NCBI RefSeq assembly: GCF_009914755.1
Contig: NC_060948.1
DNA: 64,000 nt
DNA from: the human T2T-CHM13v2.0 reference genome, Homo sapiens
Strand: one strand, 5' to 3'
Under the pieces are notes generated by a model. It was not told where the DNA came from and made no database searches. It saw nothing but the letters and a program-made list of their open reading frames with translations. Position numbers and translations under genes: made by a program. Each line of letters starts with the position of its first letter. Within the stretch, counting starts at the first letter, position 1. Positions 13,730 through 28,723 of the stretch are shown here, in pieces.

Positions 13730-15174
13730 TTTATACATCACCTCTCAACAGAACAAGTGGAGCCAAGAAGAAATTGGAATGAAAGAAAGAAGAAAGTAAT
13801 TTTCAACCTAGAATTCTGTACCCATTTTAAATACTCTTCAGAAAAAACAGTGAGAAAAGACATTTCTAAAGAAAAAACTCAAGGAACTTAATCAACTGTA
13901 GATTTTCACTGAAAGTAATAATTCAGGCAGAAAGAAAACTCTCTTAGAGAATAGTTTTTGAGAGGTGGAGGAAAATTATAGGATAAAAATAGTGGTGTGG
14001 TGTGTGCATGTGTGTGTGTGTAAAATTGATACATAATTGTTACATATCATAATATGTCATTGATATATAGCAAGCTAAAATGTATCATGGTATAACATTA
14101 GTATATGTATAAAATACACACATTTATATGTGTGTATTCATGAATATTTATGTAATAATACTATTGGCTTTTGGGTTTTAAAATGTAGATATAATTGACA
14201 AATAAACAAATTTTGTTGATGTGGTGTCAGATCTTTGCATTATGTGGGAAGAAGTAGTGTATTATTACACAAGTTCTTCTTCTCTATGCCAAACCCAAAA
14301 TAGCCATTTAAGTTTTGTACAGCATAACTTTGAAGAAGATAGCATGAAAAAATAAATCAATAAAATGCAATTTTTCAAAAGCATCAAGAAATGAAGAAAT
14401 AAAGGAGTTTGAATTGATGGAGGCTAGGGATAAATTAAATGATAATTAAAAACTAATATATCAATAATTAGTTTTAATATGCATAGATTTAATGCTCTAA
14501 ATACAAGAAAGCAAATGTTAAACTGTGTGGCTAATTGTAGTTTCCATAGAGGTCCTTAACTACATCTTCCATTCCATATTGTCTCCTACAATATGAATTT
14601 CTTACATGTTGATCATGAGATGAAATCAGATTCCATTCCCATGAATCTTGGCGAGTTCTTCAGGTTGGAAGTGAGACTGTTATTTTTGAGTCTGAGTCAT
14701 GTAGGGAAACTTCCCTACGGTCTGTGGGAATTTTGCACTTGAGACCCTGAACCTACTTATAGGAAGAATATCTATTAATGCTGTAGGGAAAACATGTCAA
14801 ATGGAGAGGACACAGAAAACAGCTCAGGTTGGATGTTCTCATCTTTAACTCATCTCATGACCAAGCCTTCAGCCCAGCTATCACGTGACCCCTGACACCA
14901 CACTTCCCAACTGAGGCTGCTATATGACAGTGCACACTGCTGTGCCTGAAGTCCTTATCCACAAATCCCATGAGAATTTGAGGTTATCTGCTACAGAGCC
15001 ATAATATCTCTAACTGACTGTGGATTAAAGTCAACAAAAACTAACAGATGCTGCTTACCAGAGGCATTCCTAAAATACAAACTAATTCAGACTAAAATAA
15101 TGAAAAGTAGAATGGATTTTCAGCTCTAAATAATATAACTGACTTTGTCACATTAATATCTGTCAAAGCAGACT
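13730..15174 (+). mobile_element. Ancient L1M ORF1-end/ORF2-start remnant, interrupted by a MaLR-like LTR (~14520-15015)
   Basis: AATTTTCAACCTAGAATTCTGTACCCA (ORF1 NFQPRILYP-like) and ATTAATATCTGTCAAAGCAGACT (EN ILISDK.DF-like). Highly diverged. Confidence 0.5.
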
Positions 15175-17069
<1,895 letters not shown>

Positions 17070-17159
17070 TCAAAAAGTAGTAGCTGTTCACAAACATTAA
17101 GCACATAGATAGTAGACAGCTACTGACCATACAGGACAATATTGAAAATGGCTATGTGC

Positions 17160-17980
17160 TGTGGTGTACAGATGTTTATTTATGCCCTTGTTTTCAATTC
17201 TTTTGGGTGTATTCTGAAAAATGGAATTGCTGGATTATATCGTAATTATATTTTCTATTTATTGAAAAAGCATCTTACTGTTTTCCACAGTGACTGCACC
17301 ATTTTTTAAATTCCTACTAGTAATATACAAGGTTCCAATTTCTCCACATCTTTACCAACACTTGTTATTTCCTAAGATTTTTATTTGTTGCTTTTGACAA
17401 TATCCAATTTAATAGTTATCAAGTAATATCTCATGGTGTTTTCAATTTTTACTTCCCTAATGATTAGTGCTACTGAGCTTCTGTTTATGAGCTCTTTGGT
17501 TATTTCCATACCTCCTTGGAGAAATGTCTATGGAAGCTACCTAATTGTCTATCAGTGAATGAGTAGTGCTTGTGATCTATACATACAATAATACATTATT
17601 CAGCTTTAAAATGGAAGGGAATTCTGGCACATGCTATAACATGGATAAATCTTAAGGACACCATACAAGGTGAAATATGCCATACTAAAACAAACAAATG
17701 GACAAACAGAGAAATACCATAGGATTCTACTTATATGAGATACCCAGAGTAGTAAAATTCATAGAGAAATAAAATACAATGGTGGTACTCAGAGGCTGAT
17801 GTTGGGAGGAGGATCTAAGGAGTTCTCGTTTAATAGATGCAGTGTTTCAGTTTTACAATATGAAAATTGTTCTGTGAATGGATTCTGTTGATGGTTGCCC
17901 AAAATTGTGAAGTTACCAAACATTGCTTAGCTATACATTTACAAATTGCTATAATTATAAATGTTATGCATTTTGTATTT
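17160..17980. mobile_element. Old L1M(B) 3' fragments: minus ~17160-17530, plus ~17540-17980
   Basis: GGAATTGCTGGATTATAT..TTTCTCCACATC (minus), then ACATGGATAAATCTTAAGGACA..GATTCTACTTATATGAG (plus). Confidence 0.7.
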
Positions 17981-17984
17981 TATC

Positions 17985-18263
17985 TTTTTTTTTGAGACAG
18001 AGTCTGGTCTTTTGCCCAAGCTGGGGCATAATGGCTTGCTGCAACCTCCGACCTTGGGGTTCAAGCAATTCTTCTGTCTTAGCTACCTGGGTAGCCGAGA
18101 CTGCAGGCAAGTGCCACCATGCCCAGCTAATTTTTGTTATTTTTAGTAGAGATGGGATTTCACCATGGTGGCCAGGCTGGTCTTGCACTCCTGACATCAA
18201 ATGATCTACCTGTCTTGGCCTCCCAAAGTGCTAGGATTACAGGCATAAGCCACTGTGCCTGGT
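17985..18263 (-). mobile_element. Alu (AluS-like)
   Basis: Standard dimer motifs with poly-T. Confidence 0.9.
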
Positions 18264-19458
18264 CTATGTTATCTTAATTTTAAAAATAATTTTACAAAAT
18301 AGCAACAGCTAATAAAAAGTGATTATAGGTATAAATAGGGAGAGCAGATCTGTAACACATGTAACACAGGACTGCTAGGCAATATATATATAAAGAACAT
18401 CTACAAACAAATGAGAAGAAGACAGACAATTAATCAAGTACAAATATATACATTTTTTTTAATGAGAGGGTGAGAACCCAAACCTCTTCCAAAGAGAAGA
18501 TAGAAATGGACAATAGAAGGCCCTCAGCTTGTTGAGTAAACATATATAATATATTAATAATAAATTAATAATAAATTAACAATAGAAAGTAATTAACTAA
18601 ATACTACATAATTATACTCCACTATATTATATTATAATAATTATTATGTTACATAATTATATTGTAACATTAAATTGTAACATTAAATTCATTATAACAA
18701 TAATTATATTGTTATAATGAATTTCATTATTATTTTAATCAAATAATTAGCAAAGTAAAAATACATTTATTGAATAATGCCCCAGTGGAATATCATTATA
18801 AACTCAACAATGCCACATTGAAAAATAAATAGACAATTCTGAGTATGGAGTCGAATGTGATACAATTCTTATGCATTGCTGTGGAAAATATAAATTTCTG
18901 TAAGTCAGGAAAACTGGCTTGGCAATAACTCCTAAACTGAACCTGCCCATTCATTGTGAACCATCAATTCCATGCCAAGATCTATCTATACATTACAGAC
19001 CATCAAGAACATGTGTTCAAGGTGGCACAATATGTATGTATAGCATCATTATCTTAATAGCCAAATATAAGCAGCCTAAGTGTTAATGAGAATTTGATTC
19101 TTTCAATGCACTGGGTTACCATACAGAACTGAAGGAGTGAATCATATCTGCATCATACCAAATAGATGCATTTCATGAACACATTGGTGAGTGCCCTAAG
19201 ACAAATGGTTAATAATATGTCCTCCAGATGTACTTATATAAATATGAAATACAGCTAAATAGATTCACAATAGTAGAATGAAGGCAGTCTACAGAGTAAG
19301 AAGCAGTCATTGTAAGGACACAATTTTTAATGTGCTTTAAATACTCTGTTTTTTAATTGGTGGTAGGAGGTATGTTCACTTTGTAATAATTCACTAACCT
19401 ACACAGTTTGTATTTGTACATTTGGCTGCAGAAGTTTACTTTAATAAAAAAATGTCCA

Positions 19459-19752
19459 GGCTAGACACAGTGGCTCAGGCCTGTAATCCTAACACTTTGG
19501 GAGGCTGAGGCAGGAGGATTGCTTGAGCCTAGGAGTTGAAGACCAGCTTCAGCAACACAGAAGGATCTCATACCTACAATAAAAGAGAAAAATTTAGCCA
19601 CATGTGGTGGCATGTGTCTGTAGACCCAGCTCCAGAGGCTGAGACAGAAGGATCACTTGAGCCCAGGAATTTGAGGCTGCATTCAGCTATGATCATGCCT
19701 CTGCACTCCAGCCTAGATGGTATAGGAAGACCTTGTGTCTAAAAAAAACAAA
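19459..19752 (+). mobile_element. Alu (AluJ-like)
   Basis: GGAGGATTGCTTGAGCCTAGGAG, TTGAGGCTGCA..AGCTATGATC. Confidence 0.9.
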
Positions 19753-19864
19753 TTCAAAAAGTAGTGTAGGTAATATTACCCTACACTTAATCCTGCATCA
19801 CACACATATGCATGTGAATATCTACATATTCTTATGATTCTTATGTGTGTGTATGTATACACAG

Positions 19865-20027
19865 CATGTTAGCAAGAACAAACCAGCAATCCCAAGAGGA
19901 CCCACAGACCATCTGAAGGAAGTAGACTGCTCCTGCAGGACCCGGAAGACCTCTCCAAAACTCTGAGTGTCGCAACTGCGGAAGTGAGAAAGGGATGTCG
20001 ACATGGTTATACATTGAGAAAGAAACT
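19865..20027 (+). repeat. Left arm of a ~160-bp inverted repeat, containing an L1PB-type 5'UTR-like fragment
   Basis: Aligns by eye to the reverse complement of 20841-21001. Confidence 0.9.
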
Positions 20028-20234
20028 TTTTATGTGTATACACATACACACACTCCTCCATATTTTTAAACATGTTACCATCTGTAGCAAGTATGTGTAT
20101 ATAAGTATGCCTAATCAAGTATGTGCATACAAATTGCCTGATTTATCCAGAAATGCATAGTATGTATTTAAATTACTATAAGCCATAAATATGTATTTAT
20201 GAATCATAACATAAAATACTATTTGAGTCGGTTT

Positions 20235-20700
20235 TAATTTATTAATACAGATGTAACAAATTACCACATCTTTACTGTCTTAAATAACACAAATTCATTC
20301 TCTTACAGCCCTGGAGTCAGAAAGTATAAAATCAAGGTGTTAAAACGTCTGTGTTTCTTCTCGAGGCTCTAGGGAGACATCTGTTCTCATCTTTTTCAGC
20401 TGATAGAGTCTGTCCTTTTTTCTTGGCCCATAATGAATTCTTCGCATTCTTCCAAATCGTTTTTCTGTATTCAAATCATCCACTACAAAACTCTGATTCT
20501 CATACCTCCCTTTTATATATTAATACCTTCATGATTATATTGTGCCCACCAGGACAATCCAAGATCATCTTTCCATCTCACAATCCTTTACTTAATTATA
20601 CCTGGAAATTCCTTTTTATCTTGCAAGCTCGTGAATTTACAGCTTCTGGAAATTTTTGTCAGGATGCAGCTTTGGAAAATCATCATTTAGTCTACTATGT
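20235..20700 (-). mobile_element. MLT1 (MaLR) solo LTR
   Basis: GTAACAAATTACCAC..TCTCTTACAG..CTGGAGTCAGAA..AAATCAAGGTGT. Confidence 0.75.
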
Positions 20701-20840
20701 GGCTTATGATTTAGGAGTGGCATTATTATGAAAAATTTTCTTTTTTAATCTCATGTTTACAACAGGGTTTCTATCACAATCATGAAAGACTTCTACAACA
20801 ATTTATTTTGCTGTAGGAATATAACTGATTTTAGAATAAC

Positions 20841-21001
20841 AGTTTCTTTCTCAACATATAACCATGTCAGCATGTCTTTCCCACCTCCACTTTTGGGGCT
20901 CACAATTTTGGCTGTGTCTCCTGGGTCCTGCAGGAGCAGTCTGCTTCCTTCAGAGGGTCTGTGGGTGTTATGGGGATTGCTGGTTTGTTCTTGCTGACAT
21001 G
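20841..21001 (-). repeat. Right arm of the ~160-bp inverted repeat
   Basis: Reverse complement CATGTCAGCAAGAACAAACCAGCAATCCC...GAGAAAGAAACT matches 19865-20027. Confidence 0.9.
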
Positions 21002-23304
21002 TCATGTTTTAAATTTTGGAAATCTAGACTCCTTCACAATCATTTAATCTCAGTATATTCTAAAAATTATTATATTAAAACCATATAGTACTCATTTTTC
21101 TCTATTCATCCATTTTTCCTTTTTTCCTATACTTTTTATGTTTCCCATGTGATTAAAAAATACTTGGATTAAAATATAAGTTGCTTCTGTCTTTATTATT
21201 AAATGAAGTTTTGGTGAAAAGAATACCCTTATATTCTTTCTAATTGAAAATTTGAGATGCACATAGACATATGTGTAATTTGAACTAAACTCGTAATGTT
21301 TAATCATTTTTCTAATGTTCACCTTCTTTACCATCACATCTTGTTAACTCTCAGGTGTACCTGGCAGATGGTAAGTCCATATGCTATGGATTAAAAATGT
21401 GCTATCATAGCTATTCCTTTTAAACATCAGACATTTTCTGGTGTATTTTTAACTTTTGGGGATTCATGATCAAAGATATAACAAGCAATAGAGTCAACAC
21501 TAAAAGATATGGCTTCTCCAGCCATGCTAAGATCTCATCTGAAGTTCTCAAGACCCATCTAGAAGTCTTCAGACATTATTTTTGCACTAAAGAGGATTTT
21601 ACTTTAACGCTCTTAGGCACTTACTGTGAAGCACAGACGTTAGAATCTGAAGACATTGCTTGGGATGAATGAATTCCAGGTGGAGAGAACATCCCTCACT
21701 GACTGACACATATGGCTGAGAGGACTCTGAATATTGCTGGCCCTATTCTATTTTTCTTATTCAGAAGGACAGATTTGAATGTATTGATGATTTTGCCATG
21801 GAGCACTATTAATCCCAGGCATTAGGAAGGAAAGCCTTCTTTTAGCTTACATGTTTAGTTAACAACTAATTTTACATACCTACTCTCTCTGAGGACATAA
21901 CCCTTGCCTTTAAGGACAAGTTTTATTTATTTGCTTTATTGCATTTCTCTGATACCTATTCATTCTACCACTGTAGATTGTGTACAAGTCCTCCTTGACT
22001 TTTACATTGTAAACCAAATAGAAATTTCCCCATCCTTCTTGGCCCTTTGATCAATGTTTCCACACTACTGTCCACTCCCAGTGATTGCAAATAATTTTTT
22101 CCCTTGCCTTCAAAGATCTAACTCTTTCCTGATTTTCCTGACTCTCTGATCTTGGCTTCTCTATCAATGTTGATGTCCACCTGTTCTACCTGTCTCTTAG
22201 ATGCTGTCTGCCATATTGCAGAATCTTACAGTTACTTCTTTTGGCATTGACGTAGTCTTCTTTTTCTATCTTGGGTATTCACTGGCCATCCTTAAGTTCT
22301 TATGAAAACACCATGGTGCCTCCACCACTGATGGATGTCAGCCCCTCCCTAGAATTCTTTATCACATTGCTACTGATTTTACTGTGTTTATCTTTCAGGT
22401 CACAGATGACATGTATTACCAATATTTTCAGAAGAACATCTCCTGACTGTTTGTATGTGAACAACATTTTCATGTCACCATTCACACTCACAATATTTTA
22501 TATTCCCTTCAGATTATTGGTAAAAGTTGCAAGGTTATTCTTTATTTGTGGACCAGTGTCTGCCACACTACTAGATTATAAGCTTCATGAAAGCAAAGGA
22601 ATGTATATAGTACTCATCTTTTAACTCCTATGTCATTGCCTACCAATCCCATAGGCTGATGTGCTGATATATACTCTATTTCTCAGAGCCTCGCATGACT
22701 CTGGTCATGCAAGTTTTGCTTTTATTTGTAATTATGGGAAATATTAGAGTTCCCATAATTTCTTTTAGTCTGAATTATGATGGAGGAAAACCTCCAAACA
22801 GTGAATAAACCATCATGGTGTAGTGCACAATCGAGGCAGAGTTTATAAGTGTTTCACAAATGATGGTATAGTCAGTTCTACCAGTGACAAGAACGATCAG
22901 AAAAAGCCTAATTAATGAGACTTAACTAATAAGACTTGATTTAACTTAGCTGAGTTATAGTCCAAGAAAATGCAGTGCTATGGCAACACAGATGGGCACA
23001 GAAATCAACCAGAAGATAAGAAAATAGTTAACAAAAGATTCTTATGAGCAAGTCGGCAAGATTTCTGCCTGGGGATCCCAGATGTATGTGTACTAAGATT
23101 GCACCATAAGGTTTTGATGAAACATCTTCAGAAGACTGAGTGTCCTTAGATTGCTGACATTTAAAGAAGAAAGAAACGTACTGAAATATATCATTTAGGA
23201 AGACCATTCCATCCACCCTGCCAATGATTATTGGCAGAATTCTGCAATGAAATGCATGGTGTCAACTGTAGTTCAAGAGAATTAACATACAACAAAACTA
23301 GGGC

Positions 23305-23788
23305 TTGCATTTATTGTCTACAGCTTCTGTAAAAAATTGCCACAAACTCAGCATCTGAAACAATTCAAATGTTTTATCTTGCAGTTCTGCAGAAGGTTTG
23401 GTGATCAAAATTAAGGTGTCAGCAGGACTGCATTTCCTTCTGCAGCCTCTGGGGGAGAAACTGTTTCCTTGACAGTTCCCAAATTTTAGAGGTCATCCAC
23501 ATTCTTTTGGATATGGTTTTATCCATTTTCAATGCCAGTAGTACTACATGTCTTTTTTATAATTCTTCCACAGTTATTTCTCCCCGGTCACAGCTGGAAA
23601 ATGATCTCTGATTTTACGGACTCATGGATAAAATTGGGCCCACTTAAATAATCCAGGATCATCTCATCATTACAAAACCTACACACTTGATTACATCTTC
23701 CAAACTTGTTTTTCCATGTAAGCTGACACATTCAGAGTTTGCAGAGGATGCAGGCATTTTTGGAGAGACATTATCCTGACTATCACAG
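23305..23788 (-). mobile_element. MLT1 (MaLR) solo LTR
   Basis: AAGGTGTCAGCAGGACTGCATTTCCTTCTG, AATAATCCAGGAT..TCTC, ATTATCCTGACTATCACA end. Confidence 0.75.
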
Positions 23789-25739
23789 GGTTTATATCTG
23801 ATTATTTGGGTCATAACATGTAAGATAAGAAAGTTGTGTAAATTTTATCCAGGATTTTTGTGTGTGTCTTTTTGTTAAATCCATTTCAGATCATGCTTGC
23901 ATAGTCTTACTAATTGTCTTGAGGAATACATTGTACCTTAATTGAGCAGCACAATGTGTATACATTCAGCTTGCAATGGGCATTCTGAGGACTGGCATAT
24001 AAAATAAGATAATAAAGAAAAAACACTTTATGTGTAATTTGAGAAAATATGACTATTAATTGCAGGATATACATTTGCAGCGTTACTGGAATGTGTAGTC
24101 TCTGGCTTTACAAGTAAATATTAAGTGTAAATGTAAATCAGATCTGATGAAAGAAACAGAAAAATTCTAGCACACAAATTTTAAATGCAATCAACAATCT
24201 CAGTCATTTTTTTTTAAAGAATTGGGTTTATGAGTGAGAGAGAGAGAGACAGAGCCAGGGAAGGAAAAATAAATAGATTGAAATTAATACTGACAAACAC
24301 TTGTAAAAATTATTATATAAAATTGATAATACTCATAGATTCCTTTGAAACAAAACACATTCTGTTAATAATTTAAAAATATGTGACTTAAAAACAAATT
24401 ATCTTTCTTCAAATACATCTCCTTACATGAACTTGAAAGATGAAAAACATTAAAATACATAGACTAAGTGTTAGTCTCACTAGTGTGAGCTTCTCATGGT
24501 AAACTTTAGTTGCAGAAAGATACTCCAACTGTCTTCAATTATTTAAGAAATTTAAGCAATGTGTTTGATTTTTGCAAGAAGACAGGATATCCAGGAGCCC
24601 ATTGTATTATATTATGTTTCTCTTGTTAAATAGAACAACAAAACCTGTCACTAAATAGTATTTGATAGGAAATGAATTTCAATAAAATGAGATTGTTTTT
24701 CCTTATGAGGAATGTTTAATTGAACTCAAATTGGAAAGTATGTTAATGCAGAAATTACACCTGCTACAATTTCAATAATATATATTAAGAGGAAGAGAGA
24801 GGAGCAGCTTCAGGTCAGTGGTATCAGTTCTTCCAGGAATCAAATGACTCAGCTCTGCTTTTCCAACATTGTCATCAAGAAGTGTTCCATCATTTAAAAC
24901 ATTGATGATAGCTGATATTTGTCTGATTCTTCTAAAGGAAATTTAATTTTTGTGTTTTTTTCCTGCTTTAAATTAACGATGACGAAGTTCTCACTGTGAT
25001 CTATATATGTAATTGTCTTCTCCATAATTAATGTATCAGTATGTTAAGAAATCACTTCAGATTTATAGTCTTCTATTAAAGCCTGAGATATACTTGGCAT
25101 AAAAGAGCTGTTTCTAGTGTTTTTCAACTTACATCATATTGGTACTAAAGATATTAAAAGGAATAGATTATCTCTTCCTAGAGGTGAGCCAGTAGTATAA
25201 CCACACCTTAAAAAGGTTGCACTTTTGTACCAAAATAGATAGACATATTTTTCCTTTAATGACAGTAATAAACTACTCCTAATAGAAACTCATGAGATAT
25301 AAAGCAGTATTCATTCTAAGAAACATACACCAAATTCTATACAGTTCTTTATTTTTTCTTTCTTACTTTGTTATGAAATGTGTTTGCCTGTGTGTGTGAG
25401 TGTGTGTGTGTCTGAGTGTGTGTCTGTTTGAAGGAGGGACTACTTTACTAACTGTAGCTTGTGCATTTTAGTCCAACATAAACTGTTGCTCAAACACAGA
25501 AAGTTTTCATAAGTAGAGCATTAAAATGTAATTACTACAGAGGCAATACCAAGAGACAATAGAACACATCCTTCTCTTCATATCCAGCGAAAGAAGACCT
25601 ATGTTAAAGGAGGGGTGATTTTGTTTTACTATGGATTAGGTATAAGTTGCATTCACCTGCAGTCACCCTGAAAGGGGTAGGAAAGAATTGAAGAGAAGAC
25701 AAGTAGATTTAAAGGAAACTGGGAAAGAAGAGATTCTAT

Positions 25740-25960
25740 CAGGGACCAGTAAACTTTTCTTTATAGGAGTAGAATGTAGAATGTAGTTATTTTAGGCTTT
25801 CTAGTGTCTGTTGCAGCTACCTAAGTCTATAATTGTAGCACAAATGCAGCCAGAGACAATAGGTAAACCAATGGGTTTGATTGTGCATTTATGAAATTCC
25901 GTCTGCAAAAACAAGCATTCAGACAGACATAATCCACCAGCTGTGGTCTGGAGCCCCCTG
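25740..25960. mobile_element. MER58A-like hAT MITE
   Basis: CAGGG...CCCCTG termini; TATTTTAGGCTTT, TTGTAGCACAAATGCAGCCAGAGACAATA. Confidence 0.7.
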
Positions 25961-26031
25961 GTTTATAGCTAAAGTACAAACATGATTCTGTTGCTTTGTT
26001 AGACATTCCAAATTCTCAACCTTGTAATTGA

Positions 26032-26333
26032 TTTTTTTTTCTTGTGTTTTTGAGACAGTATCTCACTCCATTGCCCAGACTGGAGCGCACTGGCACAATC
26101 AAAGCTGACTGCAAATTCAAGTTCCCAGGCTCAAGAGATTCTCCTGCCTCAGCCTCCTGAGCACGCAGGACAGGCATGAACTACCAACCCAGCTAATGTG
26201 ATTTTGTATTTTTTGTAGAAACAGAATCTTACTATCTTTCCCAGGCTGGTCTTAAGCTCCTGGGCTCAAGTAATCCACCCACTTTGGTTTCCAAAAATGC
26301 TGGTGTTACAGGCATGAGCCACTGCATCCAGCC
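26032..26333 (-). mobile_element. Alu (AluJ-like)
   Basis: Dimer motifs; CTCCTGGGCTCAAGTAATCC. Confidence 0.9.
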
Positions 26334-27366
26334 TGATTATGCATTTTTTAGTAGACTTTATTTTGTCCATGCTTTAAGACAATGCCTATCCTTAGGTGGA
26401 GAAGTTTAGTAGTCATGTCTTTGGAGGCTTGCCCCTAGACCACAAGTCTCACAGCTGGTTACACTAGAAGGTTGCTTGTCTGCATAGATTTCCCATGATT
26501 TTATTCTTTCTACAGTTCTCAGATGACTGCAAAACTCAGTCAACGTGTCCCATCAAGGAAAGATCTCAGCCTTTACCCCTGATGCCCGATGTCCAGTCTC
26601 CCAAAACCAAGATCCTGATTCTCTGTTCCTTAGTTTAGTATTATTTCATTTGCATGCTAAATGACACCATCCATAGGCAGGCTGCATCAGGTGCCTTTCA
26701 TAGTGATGTCAATTTGTTTTATAGCCAACAGTATTTGAATGTAATCTCACAATTTCCTCTTCATTTCATTGCAAAGTTATTTCATTGCTATCATTAGGCT
26801 CAGTTTCTGTAAAGCTAGGAACCTTCAAAGATACTTGCCCTTGCTCATTCTTATACCTTGGCTTGCTGCTTATTTGTCCTTAGACCCAAGCCATAGCCAC
26901 TTCTCCAGCAAGAGATACTGGTCATTTCCACACTACTTAAACTCTGCTTTTCCATTAGAGAGCCATCACTTTGACCCACATCATCCTCCTAGACCCTGCT
27001 GATGCTATTGGAACATTAAAAAAAAAAAAGACTTCAAAATTTCATGATGTCCATGACTACCAACTATTCAGAAGCCTTTTGAAGATTCCTTCTTCCTCTC
27101 TTTATTATTATGCCCTCATTTCACACCCAGTGATTCTATTCACAGCCTTCTGTTCTTGCTTCTCATCTTGTGGTATTAACTGGGTTTTACTAGCCTTTGA
27201 TGTCCAGCTCAAATTTTTTAAAACTTTAAAATTTTTTGTTTTATTTTAGATTTAGGTGGTACATGCATCGCAGTTTTGTTACGTGGTTATATCGTGTAAT
27301 TATGGGATTTGGGCTTCCGTTAGTGAGCCCATCACCCAAATAGTGAACTCTGTAGCTAATAGGTAC

Positions 27367-27670
27367 TTTTTTTTTCTTTTTTTGAGGCAAAATCTTCCTC
27401 TGTCACCCAGGCTGAAGGGCAGCAGTGAGATCTCAGCTCACTGCAACCTTTGCCTCCCAAACTCAAGCAATTCTCATGTTTCAACCACCTGAGTAGCTGC
27501 GGCTATAGGTGTGTACCAAACTACCAGCTAATTTTTGTATTTTCCTTTTAGTAGAAATGGGGTTCTGCCATGTTGACAAGGCTGGTCTTGAACTCCTGAC
27601 CTCAAGTGATCCACCTGTCTTGGACTCCCAAAGTGCTGGGATGATAGGGCTGAGCCACCGCACACAGCCC
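27367..27670 (-). mobile_element. Alu nested in the L1
   Basis: Full dimer. AGGTA(C/A)TTTTT repeated on both sides (probable TSD). Confidence 0.9.
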
Positions 27671-28042
27671 CCAAGAGGTAATTTTTCAACCCTCACTATC
27701 CTCCCATCATGCCCTCTTTTGGAGTCTCCAGTGTTTATTATTCCTCACTGTATGTCCATGTGTACCCAATTTTTAGTTCCCACCTATCGGAGAGAACATG
27801 CAATATTTCACCTTCTGTTTCTGAGTCATTTCACTTAGGATAATGGCCTCCAGATCCAGCCATGTTGCAGCAAAACATTATTTAATACTTTTTTATGGCT
27901 TAGTAGTATTCCGTAGTGTATACATACCACATTTCCTTATCTGATCATCTGTTGATAGAAACTTAGGTTGAATCCCTATCTTTGCTATTGTGAATAAGGC
28001 TGTGATAAACATGAGTTCTGATGTCATTTTGACAAAACAATG

Positions 28043-28335
28043 TTTTTGAGACCGTCTTGCTCTGTTCCCCAGGCTGGAGTGCAGTGGCATAATATTGGCT
28101 TGCCAGGTCACTACAACCTCCACCTCCCAGATTCAGGCTATTCTTGTGCCTCAGCTTCCCAAGTAGCAGGGATTACAGGTGTGTGCCACCACATCTGGCT
28201 AATTTTTTGTATTTTTTGTAGACTCAGAGTTTCGCCCTGTTGGCTCAGCTGGTCTTGAACTCCTGACCTCAAGCAATCCGCCTGCCTTGGCCTCTCCGAG
28301 TGCTGGAATACAGTTCTGAGCCACCATGCTTGGCC
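28043..28335 (-). mobile_element. Alu nested in the L1
   Basis: CCCAGGCTGGAGTGCAGTGG...CTCCTGACCTCAAG...GAGCCACCATGCTTGGCC. Confidence 0.9.
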
Positions 28336-28723
28336 TCAATTTCATTTTATTTGGTTAGAAACACTGTAGTGAGTTTGCTGGGTGGAATGACAGTTCTGCA
28401 TTTAGCTCTTTGAGAAATCTCTGTACTGTTTTCCATAGGAGCTGAACTAATTTACATTTCCACCAATGTGTTTCCTTTTCTCTACAACCTGTATCCTTGC
28501 TAAATCAAATCAAATTTTTATGTAAAATTTTGATGAATATACTTATCTACTCACCAACCCAGCCCAGTCAATGATTTCATCATCAAACCAAACAATGTAT
28601 TTTAAAATAACGACAGTTACTTCTCTACTTCTTCTTGCTCAAATCCAGCTGAATCTCCCATTTCAGTCCTTTTCACTTCAATGCTGTCCTCTTTTTTTCT
28701 CATGAGTAGAAGGTAATTGCAGT

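Larger units (their letters stand above)
27225..28500 (-). mobile_element. L1PB/L1MA-type 3' end split into three parts by two Alus
   Basis: CCCATCACCCAAATAGTGAAC, CACTTAGGATAATGGCCTCCAG, GAGAAATCTC..ACTGTTTTCCATAG. Confidence 0.8.

Noticed and set aside
19865-21001. The inverted arms as TIRs of an autonomous DNA transposon
   Set aside because: There is no transposase ORF in the spacer (it is simple repeat plus MLT1) and no clear TSD outside the arms. Kept only as an unexplained inverted repeat.
20351-22624. 126-aa and 117-aa ORFs
   Set aside because: They overlap an MLT1 LTR and probable L2-derived sequence. No domain or splice context is recognisable.
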